Assembly: GCA_001179505.1 (NCBI GenBank)
Contig: CDMY01000982.1
Location: 166,954-230,953 of the forward strand
Direction: 5' to 3'
Source: Vitrella brassicaformis CCMP3155
Lineage: Eukaryota > Protista > Chromerida
Length of the DNA stretch: 64,000 nucleotides
The notes under the pieces are model-generated. The model saw only the letters and a program-made list of their open reading frames with translations, was not told the DNA's origin and made no database searches. Numbering within the stretch: position 1 is the first letter of the stretch; every line of letters starts with the position of its first letter. Of this stretch, positions 11,011-23,200 are shown in pieces. The position numbers and the translations under genes are program-made.

Positions 11011-13807
11011 CATCGCCCTCGTGTGGCCCTTCCTGCTGCCCACTGCCGCCAGCAGCAGCGCTCGAGGTGGCCGAGGGGCCGGCAGATGATGCACTGGCGA
11101 CCCCAGTGCTCACAACGGGGAATGACGGCGGCTGGATCACGGCCGGTGGCGGCAGAATGGGCACACCGAGACCGCGACCCACTCCAAGAGACATGACCAC
11201 GCCACCAGAACTATCACCAGTCCCTCGCTGCTGCCGCCCACTGCCGTCAACGACCGACACAGAGGGCCCGCTAGCAGCCGATGCAGCCGATGGTGAGTAT
11301 GATGAGCATGAGTGTCGGGGAGGGGAGGGGGGCGACGGGCCGGGGGAACGCTCTGCTGTGTCCTCACGCTCTTCAGGGTCTACGTCTATGTCACCGCAAT
11401 CAGCACTGCATGTCGGCAACACACACACACACACACACACATGTGCACGTCGTCACCTTTCTACTCATCTGCTGACTGACCTGGACGGTGCCGCCTCGTG
11501 TGTGCCGATGGCTCCTTTGTTCCTTTTGTTGTCCTTCGATTTCTTCTTTCCCCTCTTTGTGCTACTGCCGGCATTGGCGGGCTGGTCATCGGCCAGGTCG
11601 GCGATGAGCTTCTCGGCCCGCTCGTTGGCCGCAGTCTCTATCTCGTCAAACAGATCCAACAGCTGACACACAACACACACAGAAGTGGACACGGTGGGTA
11701 TGCCTGCGGCCCTTCTGCGTGTCTTATCACCTCCTGTGGCACAGCTAGCTGCTGCTGCTGGTGTCCCTTGCGTCTCGCCGGCTGTCCCCCGGCCGCCCGC
11801 ATCGTCTTCAGGTCCTCGTGCTGCAGGATGGCTCGCGTGACGCTGTTCGACCGGAGAGCGCCCCTCCTGCTGCTCACGCGACTGCCGTAGCTGCATGCAG
11901 GAACACACAAAGATGCACACGCTGTCGTGCGAGTCACAGGCAGGCAGGCAGGCAGGCATGTTGGCAGGATGTACCTAACAAGAGTCCGCAGAGTATCGAC
12001 GGCGAAGTCTACGAAGGTATTGACCACCTTCGGGCGGTCGGCGTAGCCCTTGATGCACCTCAAGGCCACTTGACAGACGAGTGCAGGGGCACCATCGCGC
12101 ACTGCTATCTGCATGCACCAGATGGATGACCCACAAAGTATGTAGCGCATCCATCCATCCATCCATCCATCTGTCTGGTCTTTTCACCGCCCACCAACCG
12201 ACCCACATACCTTTGCGCGCTCATCAGTGAGGTCTGTGGGGTCCCCGAGTACGTGCATGAGCACAAAATCCTCCCTCGAGTTGTCGCTGCTGTCCTCGAG
12301 CACTCCCGCGAGAGTGGAGGTGCAGCCTCCGGCATACACGGCATCACGGTGGCCACACGCTGCACGCACACATTGATGGATGCAACACACACATAGAGCA
12401 GCGGCCGATACATACGTACTTCGCACGCAGTGCAAACATCTGCCCTGACTGACTCACCAGCGAGGAGAAGTGGGACACTCTTGTGAACAATTTCGTCGTG
12501 ACTGACAGGATTCTTCACAGTGGCGGTCCACTTCCGTAGCACTGCGGGCACTCTCATGAGACGCTGGACGGGCCCGTCATCAGAGGCAAAGCACTCCCAA
12601 CCTGCACACATAACATACACACACGTCCACCCAACCCACCCACCCACCCACCCACCCACATACCATACACCCACCCACAGAGGGGTTTCTTTCACCTGCC
12701 GCGTGCGAGAATGCGATGCAGCAACCAAAGATCCACTCCAGGCACATGGCGGCTCCCTCGCGCAGCCCTGCGTCTCCATCAGAGCAGGCCACCACCTCGG
12801 CCAGTGGGTCGACGAGGCCGTAGATGTTCTGCTGCAGCACCTCCAGAAAGGCAACACAGTCGGCATGCGAACCTGAACACACACATACATACATACACAC
12901 CTGTGCTGTGCTGTGCATGTAAGTGGTGCCTTACTGAACGTGCTGGCCGCGCAGCGCAAGTCTTCCCCAACAAGCCACAGGATCCTCCGCGCCACCTCAC
13001 CCCTGAAGCAACCAACCAAGCAAGGTTGTTACGTGCTTGCCTGTTTGTCGACTGCACTTTTTACCATTTGTCCCGAATTTCCGGTTTCGTATGGGTCATG
13101 ACGCGCAGACCGACCGAGGACAGCCGCACCCAGAGAAAGTCTGGCAGAGTCAGTCTTGTTGGGAACGGCGGGCCGTCTCCCGGCAGCTTGCCAAACGCCG
13201 ATATCAAAAAGACCAGCGCCGCCTTTGGGGGCCCGGGGCTGGTAGTCTGCTCTGGGATCGTCTCAGCCCACTCCACGGCCCTGTGAAGGATGTCTGGATG
13301 ATGTTGCACCAGGAAAAGCTGGGAGTCGGTCGCGTTGCGCGCTTGCCGTCCCCTGACCATGACCACTCGCAGCAGCGCGAAAGCGACGGCGCCGACGAGG
13401 TCATCGGCGGTGTCTACCAACAACGTGTCAAGCGACGCGATCAAAGACTGCAGCGACTCCGAGAGGGACGAGACAGCCCCTACAAGGAGGGGCTCCAGAT
13501 GAGGATGGCACAGCAGGTGGAGCACCCGTGCCGCCCAGTCCTGGCGTGTCTTGTGGCCCACGTCGGTGAAGGCACTCGACACCCGCCGCAGCAAACCCTT
13601 GTTTTTGCACAGCCTTTGGGCCGTCTGCTGTACCCAACGCGGCACCTCCCCATCGGCACCCGCGCTTTTGACCGCGTCGGCGAGACTGACGAGTGTCCCG
13701 AGGCTGGTGTCGAGTGCATCCTCCGACAGCTGGTCCGGCGATGATAAGGCGGCTATGGCACCGTTGACGTCGGGGCGCCGAGAAGACGGCCGGCGGTCGT
13801 CAGTCAT
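9994..13807 (-). CDS. Putative E3 ubiquitin ligase copy 2 (inverted paralog, intact C3HC4 RING)
   Basis: Shares intron positions and phases with copy 1 where checked. C-terminus ECDVCMAEKKSIVLIPC|RHFCLCGACAAALMSKPVDQRLCPRCRQATTATRHVYL*. Confidence 0.88.
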
Positions 13808-14236
13808 CACTGCTCGCAGGACTCACGCCGTCGCGTCGCAGCCCACTCCAAGATCATCACGAGCATCTGCGACGAGCAGCACGGCGCACACAGTTTCCCA
13901 CAGATCGTGCTGATGCCTCGTTTCCTTCCCTGTCGGCGCCTCACCTCTTGACTGCCCTTTTGTGCGATAGCGCGCTCTAGCAGCGACACATGCAGCCGAC
14001 CCATGGCCTGCAGCCGACGGCAGATGGATGTTTGGATGGATGAACCCGTGGAGCGGCACAGCCAGCGGCATAGAGGGAGTCCCTTCTCCTTTTCTATCCT
14101 CTTATATCTTTATGCTACCTTCCACCGTCTGTGATGTGTTTGGTTGTTGTGCTGCCGATCCGGGTTCAGGGTTTCGAACCCTCAACCCCAAACCCTGACA
14201 GCTGCTGCTACTGCCACTGGCGCCGAACCCCTGGGG

Positions 14237-15267
14237 ATGGCTCGGCGTATCGCGCTGCCACGTGTCGTACCATGCCCACCTCCATCCCTCCCCATACCGC
14301 TTCCACCACCATGCAGGCAACTGCACACAGCCGGACGGCAGCTGCTGTCGACATTCGCATCGCCCACCTGCCTCCTGGCTGATCGGCACTCATGCAGGAC
14401 CACAGCCTTTCGCCGCTTCTGCCAGTCATCACCACCAGGTGCCGAAGGCAGCCGGGCCACTCAATCTGATGGATCTGTCCACCGAGTGGCTAAGAGCCTC
14501 TCCAATGCGCAGCGGAAGCGCATCGCCCTCTCCCTCCCCCCTCAGCTGTTGCCGCAGAGGCTCCGCGCGTACGTGCAGAAGATGCGGGAGCGGATGGCGG
14601 CCGTGGGGCGTAGGAAGCACGTTGAGGCGGCGCGGCTGCGGCTCAAGGCGGCGCTGGGTGAGCTCAGGCGGCGGCAGGGAGTGATACGGCAGGCCTACCA
14701 TGCAAGGCGGGTCAAGCTGACAGAAATGAGGCGGAGAGTTGTCAAGAGATCGAAAGCGGTGAGGGCGGAACGGACAAGGGCGTGGATAGACGGACAGATG
14801 GATGCACAAATTGGCGCGGTGTTGGGTATGTGCAGGTTGCGAAGAAGATGGGTCACGGTTTGGTGGGCATGTGGCACAAGTACGGGTGGATCGGCATCGG
14901 CACCTACCTCTCCGTCTACGTCTCCACCCTCTCCCTACTCTTCGCAGCCGTCAACACCGGCATCTTCACGGCAGACGACGCCAAGCGGTACCTCGAGAGC
15001 CTCCCGGAGTTCTTCAGCAAACACATCGACGCGTCCAAACTGTCCTCGGGCGTCGACACAGTGTGGGGCCGGTTCCTGGTGGCGTGGGTGCTGACCAAGA
15101 TTGTGGAGCCGGCCAGGGCCCTTACGACCGTGGCTTTGGTGCCTCTGGTGCTGCGTGTGATGGGCAGGGGAGGGCCGGCCGGGCAAAGGGCGGGGGCGCT
15201 GCTCAAGAAGGCCGCTGGCAGCAAGGCAGGAGGAGGGGCTACCGCCGACAAGGCCAAGGGGACGTGA
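14237..15267 (+). CDS. DUF1279/FAM210-like protein, probably mitochondrial
   Basis: R-rich presequence-like N-terminus and one intron (about 14759-14836). Then KYGWIGIGTYLSVYVSTLSLLFAAV...FLVAWVLTKIVEPARALTTVALVP, which matches the DUF1279 pattern. Confidence 0.75.
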
Positions 15268-15299
15268 CTCAGACAGACCGATGTTGTGTGTGTACTCGT

Positions 15300-18200
15300 T
15301 ATGCTCATGCCGTCGTCGGTTTGTGTGCTTCCGCCAGGGAGGGTGTCATGTCTGGTTTTGATTGCGTGTCCGCTAATCAATGCCGGAGTGGCTGCTCTGT
15401 CTGGTGGCGCACACCGAGTGGCGACGGCAGCTGCGAGACTGATTGCTACTTGATATGTGTGTCGATAGCTCGTTGGCGAGCTGCTCTTTTCAGACAAGCG
15501 ACGCGACAGACAGATTTTGTTGCCTCCAATACGAATCAACCTGACGCGACCCGACGACGCTTTGGATGGTTGTTCTTGTCAATGTGTATTTTGGAGCATT
15601 TAAACTTGAAAACGTCGTCATAGCACACACACAGAGAGAAAGGGGTCCATCCATCCATCAGGGGCACGTACACACACGCACGCAGTCCGTCATTCAGTCC
15701 ACACACATCCACTCACAGCACACCCATCAGGACGACAAACACATCAATCTGTCTGTTAGCGGCGGCCCCAGAGAGCCAGAGAGGGAAAGAGAGAGACAGG
15801 CAGCCGTCAGGGAGGCCTGAGGCAAGACAGACAGACAGGCAGGGCAGGGCAGGGCAGCGATATGACCGAGGGAGTGTCAATATGGTATGTACACACTCGC
15901 CTCACATCGACACACACACTCTCTCTCTCAGACATTGCAATCAGCGGACGGATGGACGGATGCGTGTGTACGAGTGGCCGGCCATCAGTCGGTTTGGACG
16001 TCTGGAATACAAAAAGGACGAAAATCGATCGCCTGACTGACTCACTGGATGGATGGATCAATGGGCCGGGCTCGGCTCGGCTCACGCAACGCATCACATC
16101 ACACCACACCATAGAAGGAGAGGCGGACGTTCGTAATTACAAATACATCGGTAGGTACACACAGACATACAGGCAGGCAGGCAGGCAGGCAGGCAGAGAG
16201 GCGCGACAGACAGACAGGCAGACAGACGGACAGACGGTGAGGTCTCCACCAGACAGAAGCGCACGTGTGAGAGTGAGTGTAGGGAGGTGTGTGTGTATGG
16301 TCTATCTGACGGACTCAAATCCACAAGCCGTTACTGACGTCTTCTTTGCTGTGTGTGTGTCGGGGTGTGTGTGTGCGGATGGGTGGACGGATCGGTGGAC
16401 GGCAAAACCAGCTAGCGAATCGAATGGCCGAGTGAGTGCTCGCAAAATGGCGCACATCCAGAGGCAGACAGGCAGACAGACAGGCTGACAAATAGCTGTA
16501 CGTACGTTGTTGTCGTGGAGGCGAGGCAGCGAGAAACACAGGCAGGCAGGCAGGCAGGCAGACAGATAGCACGAGGAGGCCGTCGATCGCTGTGGTGAAA
16601 AAATGGCAGGGACGGGGCAGCGGGGACAGACACACAGACGCCGACCGCCCGGCCCCTCCCCGCCGGCAAAGACGAAACGAGAAACGGCCGATGCAGGCAG
16701 GCAGGCAGATAGGCAGACAGAGACGTCACCCACGCAGGGAGCGGGGGGGCAACATAGAACCGTTCACACACCAATATGTATGTGTGTAGCCTCAGATAGA
16801 TAACCCTGCCTAGATACGACTGACGATATGACTGAATGAATCAATGAGTACACCAATACAGACAGGCAGACCATCTCTCTCTCTCTCAGCCACTCCCTCG
16901 TACGTACGGTCCACTCGCTTTCTCTACACCACACACCGCCCCACTGTGCCAGCCCGCCCACCCAGGCACCACACACAAACTTGAAAGAAACGCCCCCATT
17001 TTACTTACACACATACATACATACCGACTCGACTGCCGTGCCACGCCGTGTTGTTCACCGCCTGGTGCTGTGCTGTGTGTGTAGTGGGGGAGGAGCAATG
17101 AGATGGCATGTGTGTGTGTGCGTGTGTCGCGAGCTCCGTTTGGAGCTCTGCAGTGGAGAGGGCCACCATTCGCAACACACACGCGCACCCACACACACGC
17201 ACACACCACACTCTCCTCCCCCCTCTGTCAGCCAGCCCGGCTCATGAAAATCTCTGTGGTGCTGTGCCGCATGCCGTCTGCCTGTCAGTCATCTTTTACT
17301 ACAAAAAAGGCAGTCGCTCCTCTTGCCATTGATCCATCCATTGTTCATCCCATCCTCTCGTTCTTCGGTATGTGAAGCGAGTCATGTATTGACAGTCAGT
17401 ACTGAGACGCATTCATTGTCGGGTCACTCACACTCACGAATGAATGAATGCAATGCACACATGAACCCGCCACACCCGACCACCCCGTCCAGGTAGCTAC
17501 CCTACGTCACCACCACACCACACACAGAGGGGCGGGCGTCACGCCCACAAGGCAGACAGACAGACCACCGTGTGTATCTAGCGTATCTTGTCATTCTGAA
17601 TGTCTGTCTGTTGTTTGGACCCCACAACACAACACACTCTCACCACCTCCAAAACGGCATCCATCCATCCATCCATCCCATTGTCCCTCGGTCAGCCAGG
17701 CTAACAAATAGCTGTGAGTAGGTAGGTAGGCAGGGACTCAGGACGAGATAAGTCATGGGCAGGTAGACAGACAGACAGACAGACGGTCACTCCCCGATCA
17801 GCCGCCAGTCGTTCAGGTGTGTGTGGGTGGGTGGGTGCCTTGTATTTGTGTGTGGTTACGTTGCTGTGTGTGTGTGTGTGTGTGTGTGGACTGACTATCA
17901 TATGAAGTGCAAATGGACGAACATTCCACGACACTCACAGATACACACACACATACCCATCCATCCGTCCAGATAGCCCCTTCCCCCCTCTCCCACCCTC
18001 CCAGGTCAATCGCCCGTCAGCCATCCATCACTCAGCCATTCATTCGAGCAGGTCAAGTGCGCCTGACCCCCAATCAGGCGCACAAAACAACCGACGGACG
18101 AGCAGGAGCACGATTGAGAGGATCCGTCAGACAGCCAGAGAGTCCCCCAACACTCTGACCGTACTGAATGGTGTGTATGGGAGGGTTGGTGCTCCATATG

Positions 18201-18500
18201 TGCAGTCCATCGTCGGCTCGGCAGAATGGCACACAGCGACAGAGAGAGAGACAGGCAGATCGACTCGACCCACATACAGATACATATCACATCACACACA
18301 CGCATACACACGGACGCACACAGCTCCACCCTGCCCCCAGACAGACCTCCATGTGTGTGCGTTGTCAGTGACTAAGTGGATGGATGGATGGCATGATACG
18401 ATATGGTCTGGTGGTGGTGCGATGCGATCCGTGACCGTAGTGGAGGGTGATATCTATGTAGCAAAAATAGCTCAACACATACACACACACATCAGTCAGG
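15300..18500. repeat. Microsatellite-rich non-coding region between convergent genes (likely 3' UTRs/intergenic)
   Basis: Dense (CA)n, (CAGA)n, (GGCA)n and (GGAT)n tracts; ORFs here are repeat translations. Confidence 0.7.
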
Positions 18501-18516
18501 AGCACCCAGCCATCGG

Positions 18517-20213
18517 TCAAGACTGCACACACAGCACAACAAACAAACACACACACACACACGCACACAGAATTACGTCAGGTCCATGCACTCCTCTCTC
18601 CGTCCCCCTCGTCTCGATCTCGTGTCGGTTAGCGGCTTACAGGGTGTCCAGGGTGTCCGCCAAACTGCCCGGGCTGCTGTGATGAGAACTGACTCATGGC
18701 CTGGTACTGCTGCTGGGCCTGCTGCTGAGCCTGCTGCTGTAGCTGCTGCAGCTGCTGGGCCGCAATACCGCCATACTGCAGCGCCTGGGCGAGGAAGTGA
18801 GCCTGCTGCTGGGGGGGCGCCTGTCCGTGGGGCGGCTGGGACGGCTGCTGAGGGTGGGGACCCGGTGGCACGGTCGCACCCCCAGCACCCCCAGCACCAC
18901 CAGCACCCCCAGGTCCGCCGGCGCCCACCTGTGCGGCCCCCGGGAGGCCCTGGGGCCCCAGGCATGTGTGTGCGACCGACTGGAAGAGCTTCTCGATGTC
19001 GGGGGCCACACGCACGAAAGCATACTCCCACAACTTGTACCTGCAGACAGACAGACATGTGTTGGTGTGTTGAATGGCATCGCTCTCTCGTCTCTCCGTG
19101 TGTGTGAGTGGGGTGTGTGTCGTGCCGTGCCTTGGGTTTCTGATGAGTTCGATGAAGGTGATGAGGAGGCCCCAGGGGTGCGGACGGTGCACTATCAAAC
19201 GCTCCAACAACACCCTATCAGACACAAAAAAAAAACACACACACACAGAGACAGCCAGGAGACTCATGCACCAGTCTCCCTCCCTCCCTCCCTCCCTCTC
19301 TGTCTCAGCTCGCGTGTGTCGCGTACCTGGTGATTTGTTCCTGTACGACCTGCTGTTTGCACTCTGCGAAGAGGTAGAGCAACACGCAGCTGAAGTAGTG
19401 CGTGTGGGCGTTGGGGTATCGCAGCTGGTTGGCGATGGCCGAGAAGAAGAGGTAGCGGCCGTCCATGTCGAGCTCCTCGGCGAAGTAGGTGAAGATCTCC
19501 AGGGACGGGTTGTGCGGGTTGGCGCCGCTCTGCTGCACGTGGTTCGCCAGCTGCAATCAGTAAAGGAATGAATGCGATACAACCACCACACACACACACA
19601 CAGAGAGAGACAGACATATGGTGTGCGTTAGTTCCCTCCCTCCGTCTGTGCTGTGCTGTGTATGTGTGAAAGTGTCGCGTACATAGATCATGAGAGCGTT
19701 GAGGACAGGGACGTCATATCGGGTCTCCCGCTTCTTGGCCTCATCAAAGGTCCGCAGGTACAGCTTCCGACGCAACTCAACCAGAAACCGACGCTCCCGA
19801 GTCCTGCAATCCAATCCACACAATCACACTTACAGATGGCCCCCCACTGTGACCATCGCCCTCACAGACCTGAAAAAGCTGTCGACGTTTTGTTTGATGC
19901 CGTTGTAGCCGAGGACTGCCTGGTAGTTGCCGAGTATCTTGGGTGTGTGTTTGATCTCCTGGAGGAGGTCGACCTTGAGGTTGGGCATGAAGGGGTCGGG
20001 GAGCTTCATCTCCCGCGGGAAGGCCGACAGGATGAGGTTGCGCACTTGGACGCAGTTCTGCGGGATGACGTCGCACAGGGTGAAGTAGTACTCGCACAAA
20101 AACTCGGGGTAGTCGTGCAGCACTACCAGCAGCACACGAAGCGTTCCTGAGTGGGCCGCGGTGGACAGAAACACCACACACACAGTGATTGATATAACCC
20201 GGTCTCCTGATCC

Positions 20214-20248
<35 letters not shown>

Positions 20249-23200
20249 TGCGTGTGTGTGGCTGCCATGCCTACACGCACCCTTGTAAAGTTGTTGGATG
20301 GATTCGGTGAGCTGCACTTTCCTCAGGTAGGGCTCCATGAAGTAGAAGTGCTGCAGTAGTATCTTGTGGAAGAGGTGCCACCCCCTCGACGTCGGCCGGC
20401 CGTCCTGCTGGCCCTGTGGGGGCTGCGGCTGGGGGGGCGTGTTGGGCTGCACCAGCAGCTTGGGCATGAAGGAGCGGTGGCTCGCAAGGTCCAGCCACGA
20501 GAAGGAAAACTCGGGGATCCGATTGGGGTTGGTGTGCTGCACAGAAGTACACAGGCGGAGAGACGGTGTGTGTGTGTGTGTGTGGTGTGTGGTTTAGGAG
20601 GTGGGAGGTGGCTGACAGACAGAGAGACTGACCATGAGGAATTTTGAGAAGAGTTCCCATGAGACGGGTTGCAGTTTCTCGAGTATCCTCTCGGGCATGT
20701 TGAGCTCGAAGATGAAGGCCAGGCCCACTCGATAGTACGGCCGCTGGTTGAACGGAATCCCTGGGTGCTGCTTCGCGTCCCTACAACACACAACACACAA
20801 CACAGAGCCATCGCCATCCATCAGTGCGCCGCTCTCTCCTCCGTCTGTCCGTCTGTCCGTCAGTGTCTGTCTGTCTCACTGACTGACCTGTACATGACCC
20901 TAGCGAGTTGCCTGAGGACCCTCTCGAGCCACGCCTCTGCCTGCCTGACGCCGCTCATGCCGTTCCTCTCAGGTCCGTCGCACAGCTTGCGCATCAGGTG
21001 CACCACAAACTTGGCAAACAGGTCCGGGATCGTCTTGTTCATCGACTTGTCCTTTGTACTGGTGCTGGTGGCCGTCGCACCACCTGACGATGACGCACCG
21101 CTGGCTGCCGTGTCTGTGGCGGCGGTGGTGTCTGCGGCAGGTTTGTCGAGCTCGAGGCTCTCGCGGGCCTTCTGGATGCACTGCTCCAAACACACCCTGA
21201 TCGACCGACCGACAGCCACACACAGAGAGAGACATCAATGCATCCATTGTGTTAGTTAGTGCGGTGTTGTGGTGGTCTGTTAGATATCCCTCTCTCTCGT
21301 ACTTAGCGAGTCGTTCGAGGTTGCCCGGGTCTTGGAAGAGCCAAGGGGAGCCCAGGAGGCGATGGAAGAACACCTCGGTGACATTGGGCGTGATGTCGTG
21401 GATGCCGCCGGCAGTGCGGGCCCGTCCGCCCTCGGCCGCCCTGACCGTGGGGCTCCCGGCGCCGGACGCCTCGAGGTCGATGCCCGTGAAGTCGGCGCAC
21501 TCGCGTACCCAGCTGCGCCAGACGTTGACGCACTGGGTGGCAGTGTCGGCCGGACACACAATGGGGGGCGGCAGGGGGGTCATGCACGGACCAGGAGCTG
21601 CATCCATGGATAGGTAGGATAAATAGACAGCAAGCCAAGCAGCATGTGATTGATGTGTCTCAGCTGGTTGGTGGCGTGTGTGCGTGTGTGTGTTTTGTAC
21701 CGAATGCGGTTCCCTCCATGATTTGGCTGAGTGTGAGGATGGGCTTCCAGTCCTCATCGCCGTCCAGCGCCACCATGCCCCCGTCAGGACCCTGTAGCTT
21801 GTCGATGTCGAGGATGACCTTCTGCACGGCCTCGGTGGGCGTCATGAGCTCGCCGTTGAGTGTCAGCGGATTGTGTGAGTAGGAGCCGGAGGGTCGCTGC
21901 TTGAGGATCTCGATGCAGCCGGCGAAGGCCGCGGGACCCTCCTCGATGCAACGCTGCTCAACCAGACACCTAAAGACACACATCCACATGTGTTTGTGGA
22001 TGTGGATGTGGAGGGATGGGTATGGTATGTGTGTTGATGCCCACCTGGAGAGGAGTTTGAGTGCCAATTTGACGGCGTCCGGGTTGTTGCGTGTGGGGTC
22101 CAGCAGCTTGGCCAGCACGGCGTCGTACTCCTTGACATTCACCAACTTGTACCTACAGAAAGATACAAATGCACACACAACCAACACGTGTCCACTTGGT
22201 CTGTCTGTCTGTCCCGCTCCTCACTTACCGAATGAGGGCGGACACGACTTCGATATTGTATCTGTGGGACTCCTCGAGCCTCCTGAGCCACTCGGTGATG
22301 TCCTTGCGGTAGTCGACGTCGTCCGCTTGCAGAATCGCCTCCATGATGGCCATGTGCACCTCAACCTTCATGCCTGCACAGACCACACACACGCATGACA
22401 ACGCAACCCGTCATTTACCCAATGACGTCTGATTGGTTCTCTGTCCGTGTCATTCATGTCTGTCTGTCTGCTTAGCTTACAGTAGTGGAGTGGGACGAAG
22501 TATTTGGGCTCGGCTTGCAGCGGGTCGCGTCGCCGCTTGGCGTACTCGGTGAAGTCGCCGTCGGAGGGGCAGTCCTCAAAGCCCTTGCGGAACACGCTGG
22601 TCAGCACCTGGCTGCTCACACGGTGACGCACGTCGGGCTTGCACGTGCTCATCACATCGTGGAAGTCCCGCACAGTTGCAAACACGGGCCACTCGGGCGG
22701 GATGGCCATCAGCGTCGCCAGCGCGTCGTTGGCACTCCGCGGCAGAGAGAGCGACTCGGTCGTCTCGCGCCGGAGTCCTTGTGCGAGGTAGTGCGGGAGT
22801 TGGCTGCCGTTCTCTCTGAAGGACCGCTGGATGACCTCGTAGAGCTGCTCGATGCGCTGCAACAGCTGGTCGGGGCTGTAGGACTCCTCGATGGGCGCCT
22901 CGGGTAGGGCCGGACGAAAGGCAGCTGCTGCTGCTGGCATCCCCATCCCGCCGCCCTCAGCCGCGCGGCCCTGCATATAACCTGACAGACACATCCAACC
23001 AACACATCCAACACAAGTGCAGTGCACACCACACACACACGTGATTGACAGACACCCCCTGCCCTCTCCTCTCTCTCCCTGTAGGTATCTGCTTTGTGGC
23101 TGCTCACGTTGTTGCGCCTCCTGCTGCTGCATGGCCTGCATCTGCTGCATGGCCTGTTGCCTGTGAAGGTCGCCCCCCGCACCAGCGGCGCCAATCCTCT

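Noticed and set aside
14161-14200. tRNA suggested by GGTTC/TTCGAA
   Set aside because: No cloverleaf, acceptor stem or A-box can be built.
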